Below are positions 35,355-44,207 of a DNA stretch of 64,000 nt, in pieces. The notes under the pieces are model-generated. The model saw only the letters and a list, made by a program, of their open reading frames with translations. It did not search any database and was not told where the DNA came from. The stretch lies in NCBI GenBank assembly GCA_946531435.1, contig CAMNAO010000004.1, positions 6,786-70,785 on the forward strand, in the 5' to 3' direction. How positions within the stretch are numbered: the stretch's first letter is position 1; each line of letters begins with the position of its first letter. The position numbers and the translations under genes are program-made. Origin of the DNA: an uncultured Clostridia bacterium. Its GTDB lineage: Bacteria > Bacillota > Clostridia > Oscillospirales > Oscillospiraceae.

Positions 35355-35738
35355 AGCATACTCCTTTCCCACGAACCATGATCATATTGATGAGGCTATT
35401 GGACATACAGCTTTAGTATATCCCAGTCATTTCCTTATTGTCAATCTGCCTCTGGGTCAGGCAAAGCTAAAAGCGGTATAAAAACAAGAAGTTCAAAACA
35501 TCTATTTGTTTTAATATTACAAATAGTGGCCGACGCATGGAATCAGCGCAGCAATCGATGGTCGAAATCTCTCCTTCCCGTATATCCCGGAGCTCTATGG
35601 CCCTTATATTGCTGTTATTCGCAGATAAGTCCAGGAAAGAGCCGAAACACCCAGCGTCGGGTAAGCGGAGGGGGGTAATTGCAAAACAGGGCCTGTTGTG
35701 CTATGCTTGGAGAAAGCACAGCGGGAAAGGGTTTCGAT

Positions 35739-36422
35739 ATGAAATACGACATTCTGGAAACCAGGGAGCGGGTCACGGCCGACAACACGCGGGAGGCCGC
35801 ACGGCTGCGGGAAAGCATGCGCTCCGACGGTGTTTTCTTCATCAATCTGATGGCCTCCCCCGGCGCGGGGAAGACCACCCTTCTAAAGCGAACGATCCAG
35901 GCCCTGGGGGAGGAATACCGCATCGCGGTCATGGAGGCGGACGTGGATTCGGACGTGGACGCCAGGGCCATCAGTGAGCTGGGGGCACGGGTGATCCAAC
36001 TGCACTCCGGCGGCCTCTGCCACATGGACGCGGACATGACAGCCCGGGGCGCGGCGGCCATGGACCTCAGCGGGGTAGACATCCTGTTTTTGGAGAACAT
36101 CGGGAATCTGGTCTGCCCGGCGGAGTTCGACGTGGGCTCTCACAGGCGGGTCATGCTGCTGAGTGTGCCGGAGGGGGACGACAAGCCCCTGAAATATCCC
36201 CTGATGTTCCGGGTCAGCGACCTGTTGCTGGTCAGCAAGATCGACACCCTGCCCATCTTCGACTTCCAGAAGGAAGCGCTGGAGGCGGGGGTACGGACGC
36301 AGAATCCGAAGATGCCCATTCTGTATCTCAGCGCCAAGACAGGCGAGGGATTGGACGCCTGGCTGGACTGGCTGCGCCGGGAGGTCCGGGCCTTCCGGAC
36401 CCGGGCCGGAAAGGAGGACTGA
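35739..36422 (+). CDS. hypB: HypB nickel-incorporation GTPase (copy 1)
   Basis: P-loop ASPGAGKTT, metal-binding LCHMDA and ENIGNLVCPAEFD, and NKxD-like SKID. ATG for MKYDIL at 35739. Confidence 0.9.
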   Translation: MKYDILETRERVTADNTREAARLRESMRSDGVFFINLMASPGAGKTTLLKRTIQALGEEYRIAVMEADVDSDVDARAISELGARVIQLHSGGLCHMDADMTARGAAAMDLSGVDILFLENIGNLVCPAEFDVGSHRRVMLLSVPEGDDKPLKYPLMFRVSDLLLVSKIDTLPIFDFQKEALEAGVRTQNPKMPILYLSAKTGEGLDAWLDWLRREVRAFRTRAGKED

Positions 36423-36425
36423 TCC

Positions 36426-37100
36426 ATGCGCGTAATCGAACTGCATCGCTCCGTCACGGAGTCCAACGACCGGGATGCCGCCCGGCTGCGGGCTGAACTC
36501 AAGGAGAAGGGCGTCCTTCTCATCAATCTCATGAGCGCTCCGGGGGCGGGAAAGACCACCCTGCTCATCCGGATCATCACCGACCTCAGGGGAAAGCTCT
36601 CCATCGCCGTGCTGGAGGCCGACATCGAGGCCTCCGTGGACGCGGAACGCATCGAGGCGCTGGGGGCCCGCTCCGTCCAGGTCCACACCGACGGCATGTG
36701 CCACATGGACGCGGGCATGACCCGGACCGGGTTGGAAGCCCTGGATCTGGACGGCATTGACCTGGCCTTCCTGGAAAACATCGGCAATCTGATTTGCCCC
36801 GCCGAGTACGACACCGGCGCGGGGCTGAATCTGATGATCTCCGGCGTGCCGGAGGGGGATGACAAGCCGCTGAAATACCCCTTGATGTACAAGGAATCCC
36901 AGGCATTGGTGCTCTCCAAGCTGGATACCCTGCCCTATTTTGACTTCGACGTGGAAAAGTTTCGGGAACGGGTGCTGTTCTTAAACCCCGGGATCCGGAT
37001 CTTCCCGGTCTCCGCCAGGACGGGCGAGGGGATGGAGGCGCTGGAGCAGTGGCTATCGGAGGAGACGGCCAAATGGCAGGAGCGGGAAGAACATGCATGA
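36426..37100 (+). CDS. hypB: HypB nickel-incorporation GTPase (copy 2, tandem paralog)
   Basis: P-loop SAPGAGKTT, MCHMDA, ENIGNLICPAEYD, SKLD. RBS AAGGAGG. Starts 3 nt after the copy 1 stop. Confidence 0.9.
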   Translation: MRVIELHRSVTESNDRDAARLRAELKEKGVLLINLMSAPGAGKTTLLIRIITDLRGKLSIAVLEADIEASVDAERIEALGARSVQVHTDGMCHMDAGMTRTGLEALDLDGIDLAFLENIGNLICPAEYDTGAGLNLMISGVPEGDDKPLKYPLMYKESQALVLSKLDTLPYFDFDVEKFRERVLFLNPGIRIFPVSARTGEGMEALEQWLSEETAKWQEREEHA

Positions 37101-37443
37101 GCTGAGTGTTGTACTGCATATCGCCAAGACGCTGGACGAGCTGGCGGAGGAGAACCGTCTCTCCCGGATCGGGTCCGTCACCCTGCAGGTGGGAGAGGTC
37201 TCCGGCATCATGACGGACTACTTCACGGAGTGCTGGGACTATTTCAAGAAAAAGCATCCCCTGCTCTCCGACTCCAGGTTGAAGCTGGAGACGCTCCCCG
37301 CCGTCACCTTCTGCGAGGGCTGCCGGCAGGAGTACGAGACCGTCCGATACGGCAGGATCTGCCCATACTGCGGCAGCGAGCGCACCTATCTTCTCACGGG
37401 AAATGAGTGCATCATCAAGGAAATTGAAGCAGAGGACCAATAA
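37093..37443 (+). CDS. hypA: HypA nickel-insertion metallochaperone
   Basis: N-terminal MHE nickel motif and Zn site CEGC...CPYCGS. Overlaps the hypB copy 2 stop by 8 nt. Confidence 0.9.
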   Translation: MHELSVVLHIAKTLDELAEENRLSRIGSVTLQVGEVSGIMTDYFTECWDYFKKKHPLLSDSRLKLETLPAVTFCEGCRQEYETVRYGRICPYCGSERTYLLTGNECIIKEIEAEDQ

Positions 37444-37463
37444 GAAAAGAGACGAATAAGCTA

Positions 37464-37499
37464 AGCCGCCCGGCAGAATTTGCCGGGCGGCTCTATTCT
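37464..37499 (+). terminator. intrinsic terminator after hypA
   Basis: 12-bp stem agccgcccggca / tgccgggcggct, loop gaatt, followed by a weak T-rich tail (ctattct). Confidence 0.6.
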
Positions 37500-37837
37500 G
37501 GATCATCGTGAAGCTATAGGGAGTGAAAGTGTGGTAAACTAAGCCCTCTCTCCGAGGAGAAGGTGCCCATCGCTTTGCTCCGCCCAGTTCGCAAACCAGG
37601 GCGGATGTGCCGGAAACTTACCGGTTCTGAGCAATATCGAAATATCACGCAAGCAGCAAAGGAACACCTCATCCGTCTCGTCCCTCGCGGGAGATCGGGC
37701 CGAGCCACCATCCAACACAAGGCACCTCGCCGCGGCTGCGGAATCATAGATTCCGGCCGCGCCGGGCCTCCAGGGGAAGGCATTTTGCAGCATTCCGCAG
37801 TCTCCTCTCTTTCGTGCATGAAAGAATCGTGAAGAAC
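37499..37837. repeat. mosaic intergenic repeat, copy 1 (about 335 bp)
   Basis: Shares blocks with 62139-62463: tggatcatcg.gaa.ct.tagggagtgaaagtg.ggtaa.ctaagcc; ctccgcccagttcgcaaac; ttctgagcaa.atcg; acacctcatccgtctcgtccctcgcgggagatcgggccgagccacc; tccaggggaaggcattttgca; gtgcatgaaagaatcgtgaag. It lies between convergent genes. Confidence 0.8.
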
Positions 37838-37858
37838 ACTTTTTTCGCTTTCGCGTTT

Positions 37859-40645
37859 TTATTTCTTCTTGTTCAGCATGATCTTCACGCCGCGGCTTAC
37901 GATGTTGGGCAGGATCGCCTTCAGCTTGCCGTTCTCCGCCGTGTACATCCGGGAGTTGGCCGGAATATCCCGGCTGAGGTGGATGGCGTCAAACTCGCAG
38001 CGGGTGGTGCAGAGGCCGCAGCCGATGCAGCGGTTCTCATCCACATAGGATGCGCCGCAGGACAGGCAGCGGTTGGCCTCGGCCTTGACCTGCTCCTCGG
38101 TCAGGGTGAGGCGCAGATCCTCATAGGTACGGGCCGCGTCGCCGGGCTTCATGCCGGGGACCTGGCGGCTGGCGTTGTCATAGCTCTCCACCTTGATGTC
38201 GTCCCGATCCAGCTCGATGAACTTTCTCAGGTCGCGGCCGATGGTCAGGCTCTGCCCCTCGTGGACAAAGCGGTTGATGGAAACCATACCCTCCCGGCCG
38301 TCCGCGATGGCGTCGATGGCGAATCTGGCGCCATGGAAGATGTCGCCGCCCACGAAGATGTCCGGCTCGCCGGTCTGCAGCGTCACAGGGTCCGCCACTG
38401 CCGTTCCGTTGGGCCGCAGCTCCACCTTGGTGCCCTTCAGGAGATCGCCCCACACGGCCGCCTGGCCGATGGAGAGGATGACCGCGTCACAGGGGACGGT
38501 CTTCAGCTCATTCTCGTCATAGAGGGGAGCGAAGCGGCCGTCCTTGTCATAGACCTGGGTGCACTGCTTGAGAACGATCCCGGTCACCTTTCCGTTTTCG
38601 GTCAGGACCTCCTTGGGACCCCAGCAGTTCTTGATGACGACGCCCTCTTCCCTGGCCTCGGCGATTTCGTCCTTGGCGGCGGGCATTTCGTCCGGTCCCT
38701 CCAGGCAGTACATCTCCACCTCATCGGCGCCAGCGCGAAGGGCAGTCCTGGCCACGTCCATGGCCACGTTGCCGCCGCCGATCACCACGGTCTTGCCGGA
38801 GAGCAGCTTTGCCTGGGTCTCGTTGGCCCGGCGCAGAAACTCCACGCCGGACATGGCGGCCTCCTCACCGGGGACGCCGGCCTTGCGGCCGGCCTGCAGG
38901 CCGATGGCCACGTAGAATGCCTTGAAGCCCTGGGCCCGCAGCTCTTCAATGGTCACGTCCTTGCCCACCTCGACGCCGCAGCGGATCTCGGCGCCCATCT
39001 GGCGGATGACCTCGATCTCCGCGTCGATGACCTTCTTCTCCAGCCGGAAGCTGGGGATGCCGTAGGTCAGCATGCCGCCGGGCTGCTGCTCCTTCTCAAA
39101 GATGGTCACGGGATAGCCCTTGGTACGCAGATAGTAAGCGGCGGAAAGGCCGGCAGGGCCGGAGCCGATGACGGCGATTTTCTTGTCATCCCACTGCTCG
39201 CCCACGTCGTTGTAGCAATGCGGGATATAACGGGTCTCCGCGTTCAGCTCCTGGGCGGCGATGAATTTTTTGATCTCGTCGATGGCCACGGGCTGATCGA
39301 TGAGGCCTCTGGTGCAGCGCTCCTCACAGCGGCGGTTGCAGATGGCGCCGCAGACGGCGGGCAGGGGATTATCCTGCTTGATGAGCTTCAGGGCGTCCAT
39401 AAAGCGCCCTTCCGCTGCCATCTTCACATAGCCCTGCACCGCCAGGTGGGCCGGACAGGCCGTTTTACAGGGGGCGGTGCCGGTTTCGTACACATTGATC
39501 TTGGCGTCATCCCGGTAGTTCTTGTTCCACTTGTCCGGGCCCCACTTCTGGGCGTCGGGCAGCTCGGTCTTGGGATAGGTAAAGGCCTCGCCGGAGGCGT
39601 GGCAGAGCTTCTGCCCCAGCTTGGCGGCGCCCACAGGGCAGACCTCCACGCACTTGCCGCAGGCGACACACTTCAGCTTATCCACATGGGCCCGATAGGC
39701 GGAGGCGGACATATTGGGGGTATTGAAGAGCTGGGAGGTACGGATGGCGTCACAGGTGCCGGCGGAGCAGTTGCAGATGCCCACGATCTTGTCCTCGCCG
39801 TCCAGATTGGTGATCTGGTGGACGAAGCCCTTCTCCTCGGCCCGCTCCAGGATCTCCATAACCTCGTCATAGGTGATGTAGCGGGCGTCCTTGTGGGTCT
39901 CCACCAGGTACTCCGCCATGTCGCCCACGGCCAGGCACATATAGCCCTCGATATCGCCGACGCCCTCGCCCCGCATCCGCTGCTGGCGGCGGCAGGCGCA
40001 GACATCCACGCAGTATTTGTCATATTTCTTCAGCCAGTGGGAGAGATGCTCCACACTCACCGACTTGCTCTCGTGCTGGATGGCTTTCTCCACCGGGATG
40101 ACGTGCATCCCCAGGCCGCCGCCGCCGTGGGGCACGAAGCGGGCCACTTTTCCCACCGGAACGCTGGATGCGTAGTTGAAGAAGGTGGCGATCTCCGGAT
40201 GCTTCTCCAGGATGCGGCTCGTCATCATCATGTACTCGCCGGAGCCGACCACCCACTTGGGGATAAAGTACTGGCGGCGATGATCGGGACGCTCCCGGTC
40301 AAACTCCATAAGGCCGATCTCACAGATCTCGAAGGCCATCTTCTCGGCCTCCTCGGGGGTCATGCCGTTGCGCTGGGCCATTTCCTCAGGAACCAGCTTC
40401 ACGGTGCGCTTTTTCTTAAAGGACAGCATGAACCTGACCTGCTCCTTGGTGAGCAGCCGGTCCAGGATCCAGTAGTCCGGGTGCTGATGGGTGATGTCCT
40501 TGGGGCCGTGGACCTGAATGTCGTCCGTGATCATGGCTGCCAGCTTTTTCACCAGCTGATCCTTCTCCGGATCCGTCACGACAAAGCCCTCGTTAAAGAA
40601 ATCGTTCTCGTTAAACATGTAGTTTTCCAGGTTCTTCGGGATCAT
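37859..40645 (-). CDS. large multidomain Fe-S flavoprotein: Cys-rich N-domain, GltD-like NAD(P)H/FAD oxidoreductase, and 2x[4Fe-4S] ferredoxin tail
   Basis: CVACGKCVEVCP; GltD-type CPAHLAVQGY...CNRRCE; dinucleotide folds KIAVIGSGPAGLSAA and KTVVIGGGNVAMDVA; C-terminal CLSCG...CIGCGLCTTRC. Confidence 0.75.
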   Translation of the reverse strand: MIPKNLENYMFNENDFFNEGFVVTDPEKDQLVKKLAAMITDDIQVHGPKDITHQHPDYWILDRLLTKEQVRFMLSFKKKRTVKLVPEEMAQRNGMTPEEAEKMAFEICEIGLMEFDRERPDHRRQYFIPKWVVGSGEYMMMTSRILEKHPEIATFFNYASSVPVGKVARFVPHGGGGLGMHVIPVEKAIQHESKSVSVEHLSHWLKKYDKYCVDVCACRRQQRMRGEGVGDIEGYMCLAVGDMAEYLVETHKDARYITYDEVMEILERAEEKGFVHQITNLDGEDKIVGICNCSAGTCDAIRTSQLFNTPNMSASAYRAHVDKLKCVACGKCVEVCPVGAAKLGQKLCHASGEAFTYPKTELPDAQKWGPDKWNKNYRDDAKINVYETGTAPCKTACPAHLAVQGYVKMAAEGRFMDALKLIKQDNPLPAVCGAICNRRCEERCTRGLIDQPVAIDEIKKFIAAQELNAETRYIPHCYNDVGEQWDDKKIAVIGSGPAGLSAAYYLRTKGYPVTIFEKEQQPGGMLTYGIPSFRLEKKVIDAEIEVIRQMGAEIRCGVEVGKDVTIEELRAQGFKAFYVAIGLQAGRKAGVPGEEAAMSGVEFLRRANETQAKLLSGKTVVIGGGNVAMDVARTALRAGADEVEMYCLEGPDEMPAAKDEIAEAREEGVVIKNCWGPKEVLTENGKVTGIVLKQCTQVYDKDGRFAPLYDENELKTVPCDAVILSIGQAAVWGDLLKGTKVELRPNGTAVADPVTLQTGEPDIFVGGDIFHGARFAIDAIADGREGMVSINRFVHEGQSLTIGRDLRKFIELDRDDIKVESYDNASRQVPGMKPGDAARTYEDLRLTLTEEQVKAEANRCLSCGASYVDENRCIGCGLCTTRCEFDAIHLSRDIPANSRMYTAENGKLKAILPNIVSRGVKIMLNKKK

Positions 40646-40747
40646 TTCTTTCTCCTCCCTTTTACAGGCGTAATCGGCTGAATTCCGAGGATGCTTCCAG
40701 CGAGATGATTATAGCATACGCCCTGCTTCATCGCAAGGAGATCTCCC

Positions 40748-41140
40748 CTATTTGGCGGGCAGGATCACCGACAGCCATCCGACAAGGGTGAGAGAGACGC
40801 CCACAATCCAGTAGATCGATGTGAGGGGATTGCTTGTACCGTAGATCTCCAGCACTCCCTCCACGACGCTGCCCACGGTAAGCGCAGCTATGCCGGCATG
40901 AAGGATGTTTCTTCTTATATAACCCGGGAATGGGCTTCCGGCCCTTTGCCTCATGAAAAACGGGACGGCGCCCAGAAGCAGCGGAAAGGCAAAGGCATAG
41001 ATCATGGAGAATGCATAGACGCCGTGACTGAAGAGTTCATAGACCGCGCCGAAAAGCGCACAGAAAACCGTCGCGATCAAATAGGCGCCTATGATGGCAT
41101 TGTATCCGGTTTTTCCCGCCCCCTTATCCGATGTAAACAA
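40748..41140 (-). CDS. small integral membrane protein (4 predicted TM segments), function unknown
   Basis: Hydrophobic profile. TTG start with GAAAGGAG 11 nt upstream. Overlaps the upstream gene by 17 nt. Confidence 0.5.
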   Translation of the reverse strand: MFTSDKGAGKTGYNAIIGAYLIATVFCALFGAVYELFSHGVYAFSMIYAFAFPLLLGAVPFFMRQRAGSPFPGYIRRNILHAGIAALTVGSVVEGVLEIYGTSNPLTSIYWIVGVSLTLVGWLSVILPAK

Positions 41141-42056
41141 TGTCGCTTACGCTCCTTTCCTTGATTTCCCTGCCGCTTGATGTGGGATTGTTGATGACCT
41201 TTCCCTGAAACACCATGGTTGACGATCCGCCGCCATCCAGATTGTAGGCCGTCTGCACGCCCTTGCTTTGCAGAAAGGCCGCCAGCTCGTACAGGGACAA
41301 GCCTTCGCTCTCCTCCGTTCTGCCGTCGGAAACAACAAAGAGATAGTGCAGTTCGTCAATGATCGCAATGGCCGTGCGCGGGTTGCTGGCTTTTGCGCGC
41401 CCCACTTCTTCATTCAGCGACACCGCAAGCTCTCCATTTTCAACCAGGGCCGGGCCAAAGCTGAATACCTCCCGCGCTCCGCTTTCCAAAAGCTCCCGGG
41501 CGGTGATCTCCGATTCCTGTATGATCCCCAGGCTGCCGTCTTCATAGATCACCAGATCCTCCGCATCCTTTTGGGCAGAATCCCGATACAGGACCCCGTT
41601 TCTGATCACATAACCGGATTGCCGGGCGCCGTAAAAATCGCCGTTGATGGCCAGCACGGCATTCACCGACTCCGCGATGGCCGAGGTCTTCTCCGTGACG
41701 TTTCGCCCATAGGTGCTGTCCGCAAAGGCGGTTTTGAGATCATCAGCGGATGAGAGTACCACATCAGCAACATATACCGTCGTGTCACCGATCCGCTCCT
41801 CCGATATGGTGATCGCAACGCCCCCGTCTTCATAGGAGCTTTCCGTCCCAAGGGGCTCCGTATTGGTGATTTCCTCCTCCCGGACCTGGAGCTGCGGAAC
41901 GTCCAGGGCTTCCGATACGGATTCACTCCCTGCCTCCGGCGTCTGAACGACCTCAATTTTACGCACAAGGACGAAGGTATCCAGGAGGACATAGCCTGTG
42001 AATGCCAGCAACGCACACAGAAATACGGGCAGAAAGCAGTGTCCGATTCTTCTCAT
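41124..42056 (-). CDS. phosphodiester glycosidase (NAGPA/DUF2233) family protein, membrane-anchored
   Basis: N-terminal TM anchor and a LAINGDFYG...GYVIRNG core, as in DUF2233 proteins (recalled). RBS AAAGGAGGG. Confidence 0.65.
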   Translation of the reverse strand: MRRIGHCFLPVFLCALLAFTGYVLLDTFVLVRKIEVVQTPEAGSESVSEALDVPQLQVREEEITNTEPLGTESSYEDGGVAITISEERIGDTTVYVADVVLSSADDLKTAFADSTYGRNVTEKTSAIAESVNAVLAINGDFYGARQSGYVIRNGVLYRDSAQKDAEDLVIYEDGSLGIIQESEITARELLESGAREVFSFGPALVENGELAVSLNEEVGRAKASNPRTAIAIIDELHYLFVVSDGRTEESEGLSLYELAAFLQSKGVQTAYNLDGGGSSTMVFQGKVINNPTSSGREIKERSVSDIVYIG

Positions 42057-42320
42057 GAGAATTCCCTCCTTTCGCTTTCATGGCAAAAAGATAGCATGCG
42101 TACCTTATAATTACCTGAAAGGCATGAAAGGAGAACTGAACAATGCTATTCATAAAGGCGCCGGAGATTGTGATACACACATTCCCCGGTGCCTCTCTCC
42201 TCTTTCGGACATACGGGCCAGGGTGTTCTTTTACTATGTATTCAACCTCACAATTGCCGACGGAAAGCAGAATCCGCGTATCTCCGTGAAAGCTCGGGAA
42301 AGTTTATTCCCTCCCCGCCC

Positions 42321-42349
42321 TTGATTTGCGGCCCGGGATCAAGTATACT
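42321..42349 (+). promoter_or_regulatory. candidate sigma-A promoter TTGATT-17 nt-TATACT for the glutaredoxin-like gene
   Basis: Hexamers at 42321-42326 and 42344-42349, about 110 nt upstream of the ATG. Confidence 0.4.
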
Positions 42350-42460
42350 GCTGCCAAAGCGGCGCTTTCACGGCCATCGCGGAATATGCAGCGCAGCAAA
42401 GGAATTTGAGGCGCTGAAGGCCGCACGGGAAACAACGATTTCAGAAGGGAGCTTCAGAAA

Positions 42461-42772
42461 ATGATCAAGATTTACGGAATGCCCACATGCCCCTACTGCG
42501 ACTATGTGCATGAGCAGATCGCAGGACGGGAGAGCGAGTTTGAGTACATCAACATCGGCGAAAACATCCGGAACATGAGTGCCTTCACCCGGCTGCGGGA
42601 CACAAGCCCCGTCTTCGACCACTGCAAAGCCATCGGCGACGTAGGGATCCCGGCCTTCGTGTTCGAGGACGGCCGCGTTTCCGTGGATCCTGCGGACGCG
42701 GGCCTCATCGAATACGGTTCCCCCAATGCCTGTTCCATCGAGGATCACAAGAGCGGAAGAAAGGGCTGCTGA
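42461..42772 (+). CDS. glutaredoxin-like small redox protein (CPYC motif)
   Basis: MIKIYGMPTCPYCDYV thioredoxin-fold N-terminus. RBS GAAGGGAG. Confidence 0.75.
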   Translation: MIKIYGMPTCPYCDYVHEQIAGRESEFEYINIGENIRNMSAFTRLRDTSPVFDHCKAIGDVGIPAFVFEDGRVSVDPADAGLIEYGSPNACSIEDHKSGRKGC

Positions 42773-42947
42773 GGTTTTTCTGCGATCCCCCATACCGGAG
42801 CGGATTCCCTGCAAGATACCCTATAATCAGCATATACGCAAAATCCGGAGGACTTTTCATAAAGTCCTCCGGATCCTTTTACCCCCATGGGGCAGATCAA
42901 TGGAGTCAGACGGTGCCAAGGGAAAAGAGAAGGATCAAAGCGGCCCC

Positions 42948-43925
42948 TCAATGGCTGGCGGAATGAGTAGAGGCCGCGCTGCTGCTGATAATAATCAACA
43001 TGAGGATCATGGTAATGATCGCAAGCTCGACAGAGGCGGTCATCATCGCCGAAGCGCCGAGACTCTCCTCACCGGAGAGGGATGCCTGCACCATCTGCAC
43101 GGCAAACATCCTCCGGCAGTCTTTGCCGACGCCGAAGATTCCCCGGAAGGGCTTATACTGCTTCAGGAAGTCATCCGTTTCCGCGATTCGCTCCACCAGC
43201 GCGTCGGCAGAGAGGCCGGCATCGGCAAGGAGGCCGAGAATGGCAAGCCGGCTCCCGCCGCCCAGGGAGCGCTTCGCCGCCTTCAGTCCGCCGGCCAGCG
43301 CACAGAGCTTTTCGCATTTTGTATCCGTCCGACCGCTGCGGACGGCAAGGATATGGCTGAGCATCTGCAGGGTATCTCTGTCCACGCGCAGGTTTTCCTT
43401 AAGATACGCATAAATCTCTTCCGCTTCCGCATAGATAGAGGCGGCGTCTCTCCCGGAAACCGCCATCAGCGCGGCAAAGGGCAGATCATTCTCAGAAGTC
43501 AGCCAGGGGTGCGCCTCCTTCATCTCCTTATAGATCTGCTTCGTCTTTTCCGCCAGTCCCTCTCTGTGGTCCTGCTCCGCCAGGATCATGGCGGCGAGGA
43601 CGGTCTGCTCCCCGCTGAAGAAGGTTTTCAGGCTCCGATACTCTCTTTCCAGATTATCAAAATAGAGGGCAGGGTCGTCGGCAAGGGCCATCTTGCAGCG
43701 GACCAGGAGCTCGTCCTGGCCGCGGAAGTTGGAAAAAATCCCCGCCTTGCTCTTTAAAAGCTTTTTGCACTCCTTCACCCTGCTCATGTCCGGGGTCACG
43801 CCCGCAACAAGATAGATCCCGGCACAGGCCAGAAGCATTTCCGAGAACTCCCATTTGTTCCCTGCCGCCAGGATCCGGTAGTTTTCAACCAGGTTAAGGC
43901 ACTTGTTTTCAATCTGTCGATCCAT
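42948..43925 (-). CDS. hypothetical protein, DUF4003-like, with a hydrophobic C-terminal tail
   Basis: Good RBS (GAGGGAAG) and coherent helical-repeat composition. The DUF4003 assignment is from memory only. Confidence 0.5.
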   Translation of the reverse strand: MDRQIENKCLNLVENYRILAAGNKWEFSEMLLACAGIYLVAGVTPDMSRVKECKKLLKSKAGIFSNFRGQDELLVRCKMALADDPALYFDNLEREYRSLKTFFSGEQTVLAAMILAEQDHREGLAEKTKQIYKEMKEAHPWLTSENDLPFAALMAVSGRDAASIYAEAEEIYAYLKENLRVDRDTLQMLSHILAVRSGRTDTKCEKLCALAGGLKAAKRSLGGGSRLAILGLLADAGLSADALVERIAETDDFLKQYKPFRGIFGVGKDCRRMFAVQMVQASLSGEESLGASAMMTASVELAIITMILMLIIISSSAASTHSASH

Positions 43926-44207
43926 ATATTCTTCCCTCTTTTTTCCGTATCATCCGGGTTTCTGTCAAGCCGGGCGGAATCCGTTTTCGGCCTCGATCCA
44001 GTATAACACGGGCGCAGCGCTCTGTCAGCCCTCAATTCCGAACGGGGAAAGAAAACGGTTGCTTCTGTTGTCCCTGCTTTTTCCATCAAGACTCTTATCT
44101 GAGGCAAGTTCAAAAGCAGAGAACAAATCCTCCATTCTCCGGAATCCGCTTCTTATCCCGGCAGATTTTCCCCTCGGGCGTTCTGCCAGGGGGCCGCCTT
44201 GGGCCGC

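Noticed and set aside
35530-35738. The roughly 200-nt region upstream of hypB as a possible NiCo or cobalamin riboswitch. AAGTCCAGGAAAGAGCCG vaguely resembles a B12 box.
   Set aside because: Only a short, imperfect match. The other conserved riboswitch elements (GGGAA / GGUG.AAUCC / GCCACUG for cobalamin; the four-way-junction core for NiCo) are not recognisable by eye. Resolving it needs an Infernal/Rfam scan.
37514-37819. ORFs inside the mosaic repeats (37514-37819, 37539-37793, 37563-37832, 62179-62409, and the N-terminus of 61581-62387) sharing peptides such as ARPDLPRGTRRMRC and SARSPARDETDEV.
   Set aside because: The shared peptides simply reflect DNA identity of the repeat. Frames are broken differently by indels in the two copies (8 nt plus 1 nt), and the composition is Arg/Pro/Ala/Ser-rich. 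I treat these as non-coding repeat sequence.
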